Shown here one piece after another: positions 30,401-42,802 of a stretch of DNA of 64,000 nucleotides (positions are counted from its first letter, which is position 1; the number at the start of each line of letters is the position of its first letter). Under the pieces are notes generated by a model. The model did not search any database, had not been told where the DNA came from, and was given only the letters and a program-made list of their open reading frames with translations. This stretch comes from Polyangiales bacterium (GTDB lineage Bacteria; Myxococcota_A; Polyangia; Polyangiales; Ga0077539): positions 32,001-96,000 of the forward strand of contig JBGARZ010000012.1 in NCBI GenBank assembly GCA_044229975.1, written 5' to 3'. Made by a program: the position numbers and the translations under genes.

Positions 30401-31102
30401 GTTGCACGCCCCGCAGTGCCGAACGTCGTTGGTGGTGTTGACGCACACCTCACCGCCGCCCATCGGGCCGGCGTCGGTCATCGGCGCGGGGCACGGCAGC
30501 GTGAGCTCGCCGCAGCGGATGCGGCACACACCGCCCTGGCAGCCGTAGCCGTCGATGCAGGCGTTGCCGCAGGCGCCGCAGCTCGCGCGGTCGGTCTGGA
30601 GGTCGGCGCAGTAGCGGCCCGCCCCGCCGTCCGCGCCGCCCGCGCTACCCGCACACTCCGTGGCGCCGCCCGTGCACATGAACGTGCACACCCCGCCCGC
30701 GCACACCTCGTCGCGCCCGCACACGTTGCCGCAGGCGCCGCAGTGGGCGCGGTCGGTCTGGAGCGCGACGCAGCGCAGGGCCGTCCCGGCGTCGCCGCCG
30801 CCGCCCGGGCAGAGCGTCTCGGACGCCGTGCAGTTGGGGACGCACGCGCTGTTCTGGCAGACCTCGCCGGTGCCGCACGCCTGGCCGCAGCGGCCGCAGT
30901 TCATGGCGTCGATGCGCGGGTCGCTGCACCGCCCGCCGCACGCGAGCATCGGGGCGGGGCAGGTCACCGTCGCGTCGAGGGTCCCTTGCGCCCCGGCGTC
31001 GAGCGGCCGCGGCCCGCCCACGACGCTCTGCCCGGTACAGCCAACGAGCACGAGCAGGAAGAGGCCGGCGAAGAACGCGCCCGGCGAAGGTCGCAGTCTC
31101 AT
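27413..31102 (-). CDS. Large Cys-rich repeat surface lipoprotein with C-terminal YfaP-like domain
   Basis: Lipobox LVGC; 24 CxDLxxDxxxCGxCGxxCxxGxxC repeats; C-terminal LRFTLTW..DLDLHV..LDVDD..GPENIFW. Confidence 0.9.
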   Translation of the reverse strand: MRLRPSPGAFFAGLFLLVLVGCTGQSVVGGPRPLDAGAQGTLDATVTCPAPMLACGGRCSDPRIDAMNCGRCGQACGTGEVCQNSACVPNCTASETLCPGGGGDAGTALRCVALQTDRAHCGACGNVCGRDEVCAGGVCTFMCTGGATECAGSAGGADGGAGRYCADLQTDRASCGACGNACIDGYGCQGGVCRIRCGELTLPCPAPMTDAGPMGGGEVCVNTTNDVRHCGACNNVCPLGQFCVRGACATMCGSGLTECMGFCRDLQTDIAGCGACGVTCGSGERCVAGRCQVSCGGGLAACAGVCRDLLSDPNNCGTCGTACPSGQVCAMGRCQVSCSAGTTECMGVCRDLTTDTNHCGACGTVCPSGQVCSRGACTVTCGGGLTDCAGSCRDLDTDRINCGACGTVCAAGQVCSSGRCQVSCVEGTTDCSGTCRDLTTDLANCGACGVACPAGTVCARGVCEVSCTAGLTICDGVCRDLTTDLNHCGACGTACPSGRVCSAGACTVSCGAGTTNCAGVCRDLDADRLHCGACGNACGAGQICVGGVCTVSCPAGQVDCGGTCRELDTDRANCGACGVTCPSGQVCSRGACTVSCGAATTNCSGVCRDLTGDVRNCGMCGRVCPAGQICASSVCTVTCATGQTNCSGTCRNLQTDNAHCGACGRACPAGQLCSAGVCSVSCVAGTTNCSGVCRDLTSDPSHCNACGAACPTGQLCVARACTLVCIGGTTNCSGVCRDLAADEANCGACGRTCAAGQLCSAGVCSVSCGAGTTNCSGTCRNLQSDNGHCGACGRACAAGTVCSTGTCTVSCGGGTTNCSGVCRDLTTDTNHCGACGRACAAGQVCSASVCTVSCGAGTTNCSGVCRNLQTDNVNCGACGVSCAAGQVCSGGACNVSCGTGTTNCSGLCRNLQTDNVNCGACGRACPAGQVCSAGTCNVSCGTGTTNCSGVCRNLQTDNSNCGACARVCPAGQACASGVCSVTCSSGLSNCSGVCRDLTTDINNCGACARACAAGQICTGSTCVLSCPTGQTNCSGVCRNLQSDNTNCGVCARACSAGQVCAAGVCGVSCAAGQTICSGVCRDLQNDNTNCGSCGRACAAGQACAAGVCVGQGALRFTLTWSTIGDLDLHVTPPCGTQIYWSNRSACGGTLDVDDTTQRGPENIFWASSFTPGRYYVCPQAYSSAVAGATWTLVVIRGGIEVHRSSGVRGRTDGSVACNASFPGVVVLDL
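27780..30450 (-). repeat. Coding tandem repeat, 129-nt (43-aa) period
   Basis: gaggttgcga at 28241 and 28370 (129 nt apart); regular 8-Cys units. Confidence 0.9.
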
Positions 31103-31246
31103 GGGGGTGTCGATCCCTTCAGGTCCCATCGGTGGACGGTCCGATGGAGGTCGATCCCCATTCCTACAGAAGTCACACGGACTTGCGAAGTTCTTCGTGG
31201 TGCCCGGAGCGCAATCCGTGGCGGCGTGGTGCGTCGAGGTCGGCGC

Positions 31247-32599
31247 CTATCGGGGGAAGGGGTACACGCCCACGGCGGGGATGGTGTCGCGGCCTTCGTG
31301 TCCGTCGCGCTCGACGACGCCGGGATACTCGTCGAAGAGCTGCGCCGTGAGGTCGTCGGCGACGAGCTGCTCGCGCGCCTCACCGAGCTGCGACGAGGTC
31401 TCGCGCAGGCGGGCGGCGAGGACGGAGACGATGTTCCAGAGGAGCTTCACGGCGGTGTCGCTGGACTCGCGGAGCACGCGGAAGAAGTCCGTGCGGGCGA
31501 TCTCCAGCAGGCGCGTGTCGTCCTCGGCCACCACCGTCGCGCTGCGCGGGGCGCGCTCGACCAGGGCCATCTCGCCGAAGTGCTCGCCCGGTCCCAGTCG
31601 GGCGATCTCCATCTCGCCCTTCTTCACCACGCACTTGCCCGTCACGATGAGAAACATCGCGTCGCCCGGCTCGGACTCGCGCACCACCTCGATGCCCGGC
31701 TCGACGTCCTTCACCTTCGCCGCGGCCTGCAACACCAGAATCTCGCGCGGCTCCAGGTGCCGGAAGAACGGCAGCGCCGACAGCGTCGCGTACGAGCGCG
31801 AGAGCTCCGCCACGACCCGCTGGCGCGTGTCCTCGTCGGGCAGCGTGACCACCACCGCGGTGATGTTGTCGGCCCCGCCGCGCTCGTTGGCGTAGTCGAT
31901 GAGCCGCTGCGTGATGGCCTCTTCGGTGACGCCCTCCATCAACGGCCGCAGCGCGTCGTCGGTGTCGAAGTAGCGGTGCAGCCCATCGCTGCACAGCACG
32001 AAGCGATCGCCCGGCGCGGCCAGGATGTGGAAGGTGTCCACCTCCAGGTTCTCGAAGACGCCGACGGCGCGGGTGATGGCGTTTTTGTGGGCGACCTTGG
32101 AGAGCGCCTCGTTGGTGAGCTTGCCGCGGCGGCGCAGCTCGTTGACCACCGAGTGGTCTTCGGTGAGCAGCCGCACCTCGTTGCCGCGCACGAGGTAGGC
32201 GCGCGAGTCGCCGACGTGCGCGAGGAAGCACCGGCGACCGACCACCACCATGGCCGTGAGGGTCGTGCCCATGCCGCGGCGCGCGGGGTTGGCCTGCGCG
32301 GCGCCCCACACCTCCGCGTTGGCCGCGCGAACGGCGTTGCCCAGCATCACCTTCACGTCGTCGGGGCGCACGCCGGCGTCCTGTCGCGCGAGGGCGTCGA
32401 GCAGTCCGCGGTGCCGCTCGACCTCGGCCACCACGCGCTGCGACGCCATGGCCGAGGCCACCTCGCCGGCCGCGTGGCCGCCCATGCCGTCCGCCACGAT
32501 GTACAGCCCGAGGGCGGCGTCGCAGCGGAAGGTGTCTTCGTTGTGTTCGCGTCGGCGACCGACGTCGGAGCGGGCGGAGAGCCGGTGCGCTGGGGTCAT
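31247..32599 (-). CDS. PP2C (Stp1/PrpC-like) phosphatase fused to a cyclic-nucleotide-binding domain
   Basis: SDVGRRREHNED, VADGMGGH, HVGDSRAY, LCSDGL, DNIT; C-terminal GEHFGEMAL..PRSATV. Confidence 0.93.
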   Translation of the reverse strand: MTPAHRLSARSDVGRRREHNEDTFRCDAALGLYIVADGMGGHAAGEVASAMASQRVVAEVERHRGLLDALARQDAGVRPDDVKVMLGNAVRAANAEVWGAAQANPARRGMGTTLTAMVVVGRRCFLAHVGDSRAYLVRGNEVRLLTEDHSVVNELRRRGKLTNEALSKVAHKNAITRAVGVFENLEVDTFHILAAPGDRFVLCSDGLHRYFDTDDALRPLMEGVTEEAITQRLIDYANERGGADNITAVVVTLPDEDTRQRVVAELSRSYATLSALPFFRHLEPREILVLQAAAKVKDVEPGIEVVRESEPGDAMFLIVTGKCVVKKGEMEIARLGPGEHFGEMALVERAPRSATVVAEDDTRLLEIARTDFFRVLRESSDTAVKLLWNIVSVLAARLRETSSQLGEAREQLVADDLTAQLFDEYPGVVERDGHEGRDTIPAVGVYPFPR

Positions 32600-32656
32600 G
32601 AGTGCCCGATAGGCGGTATCACGCCGACGGCGCTGGCGTCGAGACGGGGAGCGATC

Positions 32657-33016
32657 TCAGAAGAGGTTCGACAGCTCCGGCGCCGTGAGCTTCTTCTGCT
32701 CGGCGATGCGGGCGACGGCGCGGACGATGCGGAGCTTGTACGGCGCCGTGAGGGCCTCGCCCTTGAGGGCCTTGGTGAGGCCGGGGACGGTGACCGGGCG
32801 GCCGGTGCGGGCACGCTTGGCCTTGGCGGCCTTGGCGGCGTCGTCGTCCTTGCCCTTGGTCTGGCGCTTGGCGAGGCGGATCGCGCGGTCTTCCGGCTGA
32901 AGCGTCTCGATCTGCTTGGAGGCGTTGATCACCCGGATCGGGTCGATCTTGTTTTCGGTGAGATAGCCAGCCAGCTTGGACTGGGCGCCGGTCAACAACG
33001 ATGCGAGCTTGCTCAT
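32657..33016 (-). CDS. Small basic protein, possible XRE-like HTH with Lys/Arg-rich insertion
   Basis: 119 aa, AGGAG SD, strongly AAG-biased Lys codons. Confidence 0.75.
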   Translation of the reverse strand: MSKLASLLTGAQSKLAGYLTENKIDPIRVINASKQIETLQPEDRAIRLAKRQTKGKDDDAAKAAKAKRARTGRPVTVPGLTKALKGEALTAPYKLRIVRAVARIAEQKKLTAPELSNLF

Positions 33017-34049
33017 GGAACCACTCCTGAAAAGAGGGGCGAACCTCTACCTTCGTTCGTCCGGGGGCACAAGCCCCTCCCCGGCGCTGCTGGCGCTCAT
33101 CCATTCCTTGCGCGACCCGGCCGACCCCTTGCGCCGCGCCGCCACCGCCGCCCTCGTCGCCGACGGCGCCCTGCATCCCGCGCACGCGACGCTCGCCCTC
33201 GACCGCGTGACGGCCCGCTATACCGAGGCCGCCCTCGACGCCCTCCGCACCCGCGACCTCGTCGGCCGTCGCGTTCGCGTGGTGCTCGCCGCCTCCGTCG
33301 CCACGGCTCCATTGCGCGCCCTCGCGCTGCCGCTTCTGCGCGGCGCCGACTCCGTCACCCTCAAGCCATCGCGCCACCAGCCCCGCTTCGCTTCTCTCCT
33401 CGGCGACCCCGTCGACGACGACCCCGGCTTCGACCACCTCATCGCCTACGGCAGCGACGAGACCATCGCGACGATGCGCGCCTCGCTCCCGCCCGGCGTC
33501 ACCTTCGAGGGCCACGGTCACGGCTTCGCGCTGTCGATCGTTCGCACCCCGAACCATCGCGACGCGGCGATGCGCGTGGCCGAGGACATCGCCTGGTACG
33601 ACCAGCGCGGGTGCCTCTCGCCGCAGGCCGCTCTCGTGACGAGCGGCGACGCGGCGGCCTTTGCCGAGCACCTCCACGAAGCGCTCGCGGAGGTGCAGCG
33701 ATGGTTGCCGCGTGGTCCGCTCGACGCGGGGCTCGGAGCGGCGGTGATGCAGTGGCAGGGGGTGCAGGCGGCGATGGCCGAGGGCTTCTGGCGGGGCGAC
33801 ACGCACTCGGTGGCGCTGTGCGAAAAGCCGACGCTCGGGACGCCGGGAGCGCGTCAGGTGACGGTCACCGGCCTCGACGACGGCGGCTTACACCGGTGGG
33901 TAAGCGAGCACGCCCGGTGGATCACCGCGCTCGGCGTCGACGGGCGCACCGATGACCTCGCGACCATCGACGGCTTCCATGGACGACTCGTCGCAGCGGG
34001 AGAGTTGCAAGACCCGCCGCTCGATGGCCCGGAGGACATTCGTCCGTAG
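33015..34049 (+). CDS. Acyl-CoA reductase (LuxC-like); start uncertain
   Basis: LKPS, AYGSDETI, GHGHGFA, DIAWYDQRGCLSPQ (catalytic Cys) motifs; true start may be TTG 33108. Confidence 0.8.
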   Translation: MEPLLKRGANLYLRSSGGTSPSPALLALIHSLRDPADPLRRAATAALVADGALHPAHATLALDRVTARYTEAALDALRTRDLVGRRVRVVLAASVATAPLRALALPLLRGADSVTLKPSRHQPRFASLLGDPVDDDPGFDHLIAYGSDETIATMRASLPPGVTFEGHGHGFALSIVRTPNHRDAAMRVAEDIAWYDQRGCLSPQAALVTSGDAAAFAEHLHEALAEVQRWLPRGPLDAGLGAAVMQWQGVQAAMAEGFWRGDTHSVALCEKPTLGTPGARQVTVTGLDDGGLHRWVSEHARWITALGVDGRTDDLATIDGFHGRLVAAGELQDPPLDGPEDIRP

Positions 34050-34112
34050 GCGCGCAACCTCCGCGCGGCGCCTCCCCGAAGAGCCCACCGCCCAAAAAGG
34101 AGGGCTCCCGCC

Positions 34113-35213
34113 ATGTTCTTCCTCTTCCTCTGCGCCATCGCCCCGGTGTTTCTCATCCTGCGCTGGATCGACCGCCAGGACCTCCACCCCGAACCCCGCC
34201 GCGTCGTCTGGAGCACCTTCCTCCTCGGCGCCCTCACCGCCGCCCCGGTCTACTTCGCCGAGCTCGGCGCCGACGACCTCCTCACCACGCTCCTCGCTCC
34301 GCTCCACCTCTCGACCATCCCCCACACCGCCGTCACCACCCTCTTCGGTGTGGCGCTGCCCGAGGAGCTCGCGAAGTTCGCGGTGCTCTTCTTCTATGCG
34401 CGTCGCAACCGCGCCTTCGACGAGCCCATGGACGGCCTCGTGTACGGCGCCGCCGCGGCCCTCGGCTTCGCGGGCGTCGAGAACGTCCTCTACGTCGTCG
34501 ACGCCGACGTCGGAACGGCCGTCATGCGCGGCCTCCTGTCGGTCCCCGGTCACGCCTTCGACGGGATGCTGATGGGCGCGCTGCTCGGCGCGGGCCTCGT
34601 TCGCCCGCAGCACCGCGGCCGCCTCACACTGCTCGCCCTCGCGCTCCCGACGCTCTGCCACACACTCTTCGATCTGCCGCTGCTGCTGGGCCTCACGCCC
34701 TTCCTCACGGGCGTTGCGCCCTCGTGGACGACTGTCGCCGTCGGCTCCGTCCTCGCCCCGCTGCCCGTCCTCGTCACCACCCTCCAATGGAACACCGTCC
34801 GCGACCTCGCCGCCCGCCTGCGCCGCTCGCAGCACGCCGCGCTCTCGGGCGAGCACACCGAGCGCCCGCTCATCCCCGTACTGGGCGCCTTCCTCGATGG
34901 CTTTCTCGGATGGATGGAGCGCGACGGCCTCCGCTCCGTCCTCCGCCTGGGCGTGGTCATGAGCTCGCTGTCGGGCGCACTGCTCACCGTGCTCGCGCTG
35001 CTGTGCGGGATCGTGAGCGTCGACAACCCCGACCTCCTCGCGGACGTCTGGCAGGAGATGTCCCAGGACACCGACATGCCCCGCGGCCTCATCGCCCTCG
35101 GCAGCGAAGGCTGCGCGCGAACCCTCTGCCTGCTGCTGAGCGCGACCGCCGTCGCCAACTTCTCCATGGCCGTCGGCGCATCGCGCATCGCGCGCCTGCT
35201 TGCCCGCCGCTGA
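34113..35213 (+). CDS. PrsW-family intramembrane metalloprotease
   Basis: D..HPEP, PEELAKF, DGLVYGAAAALGFAGVEN, PGHA, HTLFD motifs; AGGAGG SD. Confidence 0.9.
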   Translation: MFFLFLCAIAPVFLILRWIDRQDLHPEPRRVVWSTFLLGALTAAPVYFAELGADDLLTTLLAPLHLSTIPHTAVTTLFGVALPEELAKFAVLFFYARRNRAFDEPMDGLVYGAAAALGFAGVENVLYVVDADVGTAVMRGLLSVPGHAFDGMLMGALLGAGLVRPQHRGRLTLLALALPTLCHTLFDLPLLLGLTPFLTGVAPSWTTVAVGSVLAPLPVLVTTLQWNTVRDLAARLRRSQHAALSGEHTERPLIPVLGAFLDGFLGWMERDGLRSVLRLGVVMSSLSGALLTVLALLCGIVSVDNPDLLADVWQEMSQDTDMPRGLIALGSEGCARTLCLLLSATAVANFSMAVGASRIARLLARR

Positions 35214-35228
35214 ACCTCCGCGACCGCG

Positions 35229-36410
<1,182 letters not shown>

Positions 36411-36444
36411 CGGGCGCGGACGGTATCACCGCGCCGCGCGACAC

Positions 36445-37773
36445 TCACCCACGCCAGCGCAGCGTCACCACCGTCACGTCGTCCGGCACCGCCCGCCCCG
36501 CGAGAAACCCATCCAGCGCCGCGCCCACCGCGCCCGCCGGGTCGTCGCTCGCCATCGCCGTCGCGCACACGGCGTCCAGGCCCTCTGGCGCCTCGCCGAA
36601 GGACACCCCGTCCGCGCGGCTCGCCTCCGACAGCCCGTCGGTGAACACCACCAGCCCGTCGCCCGCCACCAACTGCACCCGCTCCTCGACGAAGCCCGCG
36701 CCCTCGACGACGCCCACGAAGGTTCCGCCGGATGTGAGCTCCTCCGCGCGCCCGTCGCGCACCAGCAGCGGAGCCGCGTGCGCCGCCGTCGCGTACGTCA
36801 GCACGCCGCTCGCCGGGTCGAGGTCGGCCACCAGTGCGGTGAAGCGCATGCGGAGTGATCCGTAGCTCCCGGTGAGCCGCGCGTTGAGGGCGCCGAGCAC
36901 CGCGGCGGGCGTCGCCTGCGAGCGCTTGGCCACCTCGTACTCGCTCCGCAAGAACATCGTCGTCAGCCCCGCCGCGACGCCGTGTCCCGTCGCGTCGGCG
37001 ACGAACACCCGCAGCCGACCGTCGGGCATCACCACGAGGTCGTAGATGTCGCCGCTCACCCGATCGAGCGGCCGGTAATGAACGCTCGCCCGCACGCCCT
37101 CCACCCGCGGCAGATCGGGCAGCAGCCGCTGTTGCAGCTCGCGCGCGGCCTCCTCGTCTTCGAGCAGCCGGGCGTCGCGCTCTTGCAGCTCCTGCATCGC
37201 CGCGCGCAGCTCGCGGTTGGCCGCTTCGGTCGCCGCCTCCGCATTGCGCCGCTCGCGCGTCTCGATGGAGAGCGACAGCACCTGCCCCACCGAGAACGCG
37301 AACTGCTGCTCCTCGAAGGACCACCGCCGCGCCCCGCCGAGGTGCTCGTGGCAGACCACGCCCGCGAGCACGCCGCGCACGAACACCGGCGCGTCGAGCA
37401 TGGCGCCGATGCCCGTCGGCGTGAGGTACCCCTCGGAGAACTCGTAGGTGCGCGGGTCGGTGTGTGCGTCGTGCGCCGCGATGACCGAGCCGGTCTTCAT
37501 CGCCTCGAAGTAGGTCGGGTAGGCGGTGCCTTCCAGCACGAGCCCGCCGTCGTAGGTCTCGCCATCGAGGAGGAAGAGGCACTCGCAGCGGATGCTGTCG
37601 GGATCATGGTGGAGCGACCAGTAGCTCACCCGTGCGACGCCGAGGGTGCGCGCGTCAGTGGCCAGCGCCCGGCGGAGCGTCTCTTCCCAGGACATGTCGT
37701 CGCGCAGCGCGAGGCCGCGCAGGCTCATCTCGTAGGCGGACAAGATCGCGGACGGCGTGTGGCGGGGCTCCAT
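36445..37773 (-). CDS. GAF domain + SpoIIE/RsbU-type PP2C phosphatase
   Basis: GAF with GIGAMLDAPV..GVVCHEH..RRW; coiled coil; ARELQQRLLP, VSGDIYD, VADATGHG, FTDGL, DDVT. Confidence 0.92.
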   Translation of the reverse strand: MEPRHTPSAILSAYEMSLRGLALRDDMSWEETLRRALATDARTLGVARVSYWSLHHDPDSIRCECLFLLDGETYDGGLVLEGTAYPTYFEAMKTGSVIAAHDAHTDPRTYEFSEGYLTPTGIGAMLDAPVFVRGVLAGVVCHEHLGGARRWSFEEQQFAFSVGQVLSLSIETRERRNAEAATEAANRELRAAMQELQERDARLLEDEEAARELQQRLLPDLPRVEGVRASVHYRPLDRVSGDIYDLVVMPDGRLRVFVADATGHGVAAGLTTMFLRSEYEVAKRSQATPAAVLGALNARLTGSYGSLRMRFTALVADLDPASGVLTYATAAHAAPLLVRDGRAEELTSGGTFVGVVEGAGFVEERVQLVAGDGLVVFTDGLSEASRADGVSFGEAPEGLDAVCATAMASDDPAGAVGAALDGFLAGRAVPDDVTVVTLRWRG

Positions 37774-37798
37774 CGGGCGGGCAGGATGGCACGGCCGA

Positions 37799-37892
37799 GT
37801 GGGGACGGTTTCACCTTTTCACGTTGTTGGGCGACCACCAGCCGCCGCGGGAGAGGACGAGTGACAAGGTGAAAAGGTGAAACCGTCCCCAC
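37799..37892. repeat. Inverted repeat pair (24 bp perfect, 29 bp with one mismatch), REPIN/MITE-like
   Basis: gtggggacggtttcaccttttcac (37799-37822) is the exact reverse complement of 37869-37892. Confidence 0.9.
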
Positions 37893-37989
37893 CGCGCCAC
37901 CGCGCTTGACGCTGTCCCACCTGTGACTCTGGTCTTATGCAGGCCGAGAAGCTGTTGCACCATCGCCCCTTACCTGGAGACGTAACCCG

Positions 37990-40572
<2,583 letters not shown>

Positions 40573-42802
40573 CCCACCACCACGCCACTGCCACCCACCC
40601 GCCGAGGCCGACGAGCACGCCCGCTCCGAGGCCCGGCGCCTCCACCCACACCCTCACCCGCTGAGCTCGCGGCGACGGCGCCAGCCGCACCGCCAGCCCC
40701 GCCAGGTTGGCCCGTCGCACCGCGACCTCGCGCCCGTCCACGGTCGCACGCCAGCCCGGCGTCCACTGCTCCACGAACACCGCCCACCCGCCGTCGCCCG
40801 CGACGCAGTCCGCCTCGCGTTCGCCGTCACCGACGCGCACCACGCGGCACTCCCCTCGCCCGGGGGTGCCGCCGCCCTGCCCTCCCGTCAGCAGCACGCG
40901 CTCGCCGCGCACCACCTCCGCGTCGAGCACGTGCGCCCGCGCCTCCGGGTCGATCGTCGCCACGGCCTGGCCCGCCACGTAGGCCCGCGGCAGCGTGTCC
41001 AGCACCCGGTAGAGCGTCGCGCCTGGAGCAGCGTCCATCACGCGCTCCAGGCCCGCCACCGCGCGCGTCGGCATCAGCGCCGCGTCCACCGAGAGCACCC
41101 GCAGCGCGTCGATGCGCCGACGCTCCACCAGCGCCGTCGTCTCCGGCGCGACCGCCACGTCGTAGCCGGGTAGCTCACCCACGCCGTAGAGCCCGTTGGT
41201 GTTGGCGCGCATCGTCGCGTGCAGAAACGCCGTCGCCTCGCCGAAGCCACGTCGCGAGCGCTCCAGCGCGTCGCTTCGGTACAACCGAGGCACGCCACCG
41301 CGCGGCGCCAGCGCCCGCATCGCCGCCGCCATCGGGGGCGCGCGGCCGGCCTCCGACCACGACGCCCATCGTGGGAAGCGACGGACGTTTTCGCCCAGGT
41401 CGAGCGTCACCGTCACCGCGAGCAGCGCCGCGCCCGCGATGGGGAAGCGCCGCGCCACGAGGGCAGCCACCGTCATCAACACCGCCGCCGCGAGCCCGAT
41501 GAGGGCGGCCTGCGGCATCACCATCGCCACACCGCGGGGCATCCACGCGCGCGAGGTGAGCCACAGCGCGAGGTACACGAGCGCCATCGCACCGGTCGCG
41601 GTGAGCGCCGCGCGACGCGACGAGAGCAGCCGGTCGGCGCCGAGGCCCGCGAGCGTCGCGACCGCCACCGCGGTCAGCGCGAGGTACTTCTCCGGCGAGC
41701 GCATGTAGCGGAACGGCAGCGCCAGCGCGCGAAACACCCCGTGCACCGGCGTGTGGTGGCCGAGCGCGAGCAGCAGCCCCAGCGCCGCCAACGCCAGCAG
41801 CGCGAGCCGCGCCCGTGAGCGCGCGAGACCGAGCGCCGCGAGCAGCACCGCGGCTGATCCGAGGTACGCCGACTCCAACAGGGGCGCCGGGTCGAGCAGC
41901 GCGTTGACCGCCGGGTCGATGCGCAGCGCCCACGCCATGCCGACACCACCGAAGGCACCGAGGTCGAGCAGGCGCCACGGGTGCAGCGACATCTGCTCGG
42001 CCGCGAGGCGGGAGAGGGCCGAGGAGCGCTGGGTGTGGGCCATGCCAGCGAGCATCGGGAAGAGCGTGGGCGCCGCGAGCAGCGTCGCGCCAAGCGCGGC
42101 CGAGAGGTACGCCCCGAGCGTGCGCGGCAGCCGCGAGAGGGGCGCGACGCCGAGCGCGAGGACAACCCCCGCGAGCACACCGAAGAGCGCGACGAAGGGC
42201 TCGCCCGCGAGCAGTGACATGGCGACGGGGAGCGACGAGAGAAGCAGCGCGCGCCACCATGGACGACCGGGCGGAGAGAGCGCGAGGTCGTGGGCGGTGA
42301 GGGCGCACCACGGGATCCAGGCGGAGCCGTAGAGGAGGATGCCGAGGTTCCAGGTGGACTGGGTCGGGCCGGCGAGGGACCACGCGACGCCCGCGACGAC
42401 GGCGCCCACCGAGCGAGCGCCGAGGCGGGTGGCGAGCGCGGCGCAACCGAGAGCGCCGAGGAGCAGGTGGAGCCACGCGCCGAGAGAGGCGCCCCAGGCG
42501 ACGTCGGGCGTGAGGAGGAGCAGGAGGTGCGGCGGATAGAAGAGCGCGTAGAGGGGCTCGGCGGGGACGGAGAAGCCGAGGCCGACGAAGGGGTTCCAGC
42601 GAGGGAGGTGGCCAGAGAGGAGGGCGTCGCGGACGAGCGCGCGGGCGGGGATGACCCACAGCCAGGTGTCACGGAAGACCACCGCGCGGCCCACGAAGAG
42701 TTGCCAATGGGTGAGCGCCAGGAGGGCGACGAGCGCGGGCCCGACGACGCGCCAGCGCATGGGAGAAGGAGGCTCCACGGCGCGGACGATACCCGAAGTG
42801 GT

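Noticed and set aside
27780..30450. Regular repeats as a possible CRISPR array
   Set aside because: 129-nt in-frame coding repeats with synonymous variation; no constant repeat/unique spacer pattern and no cas genes
31164..31195. GAACTT-N17-TCTGT ECF-like promoter on the minus strand
   Set aside because: Single short match with no corroboration
27497..33955. 2152-aa plus-strand ORF
   Set aside because: Shadow frame antisense to motif-rich genes; Arg/Ala/Gly-rich product typical of GC-rich off-frames
37893..37989. CIRCE, HAIR or sigma32 element upstream of clpB
   Set aside because: Only CTTGAC is present; no matching second half-site or -10 element
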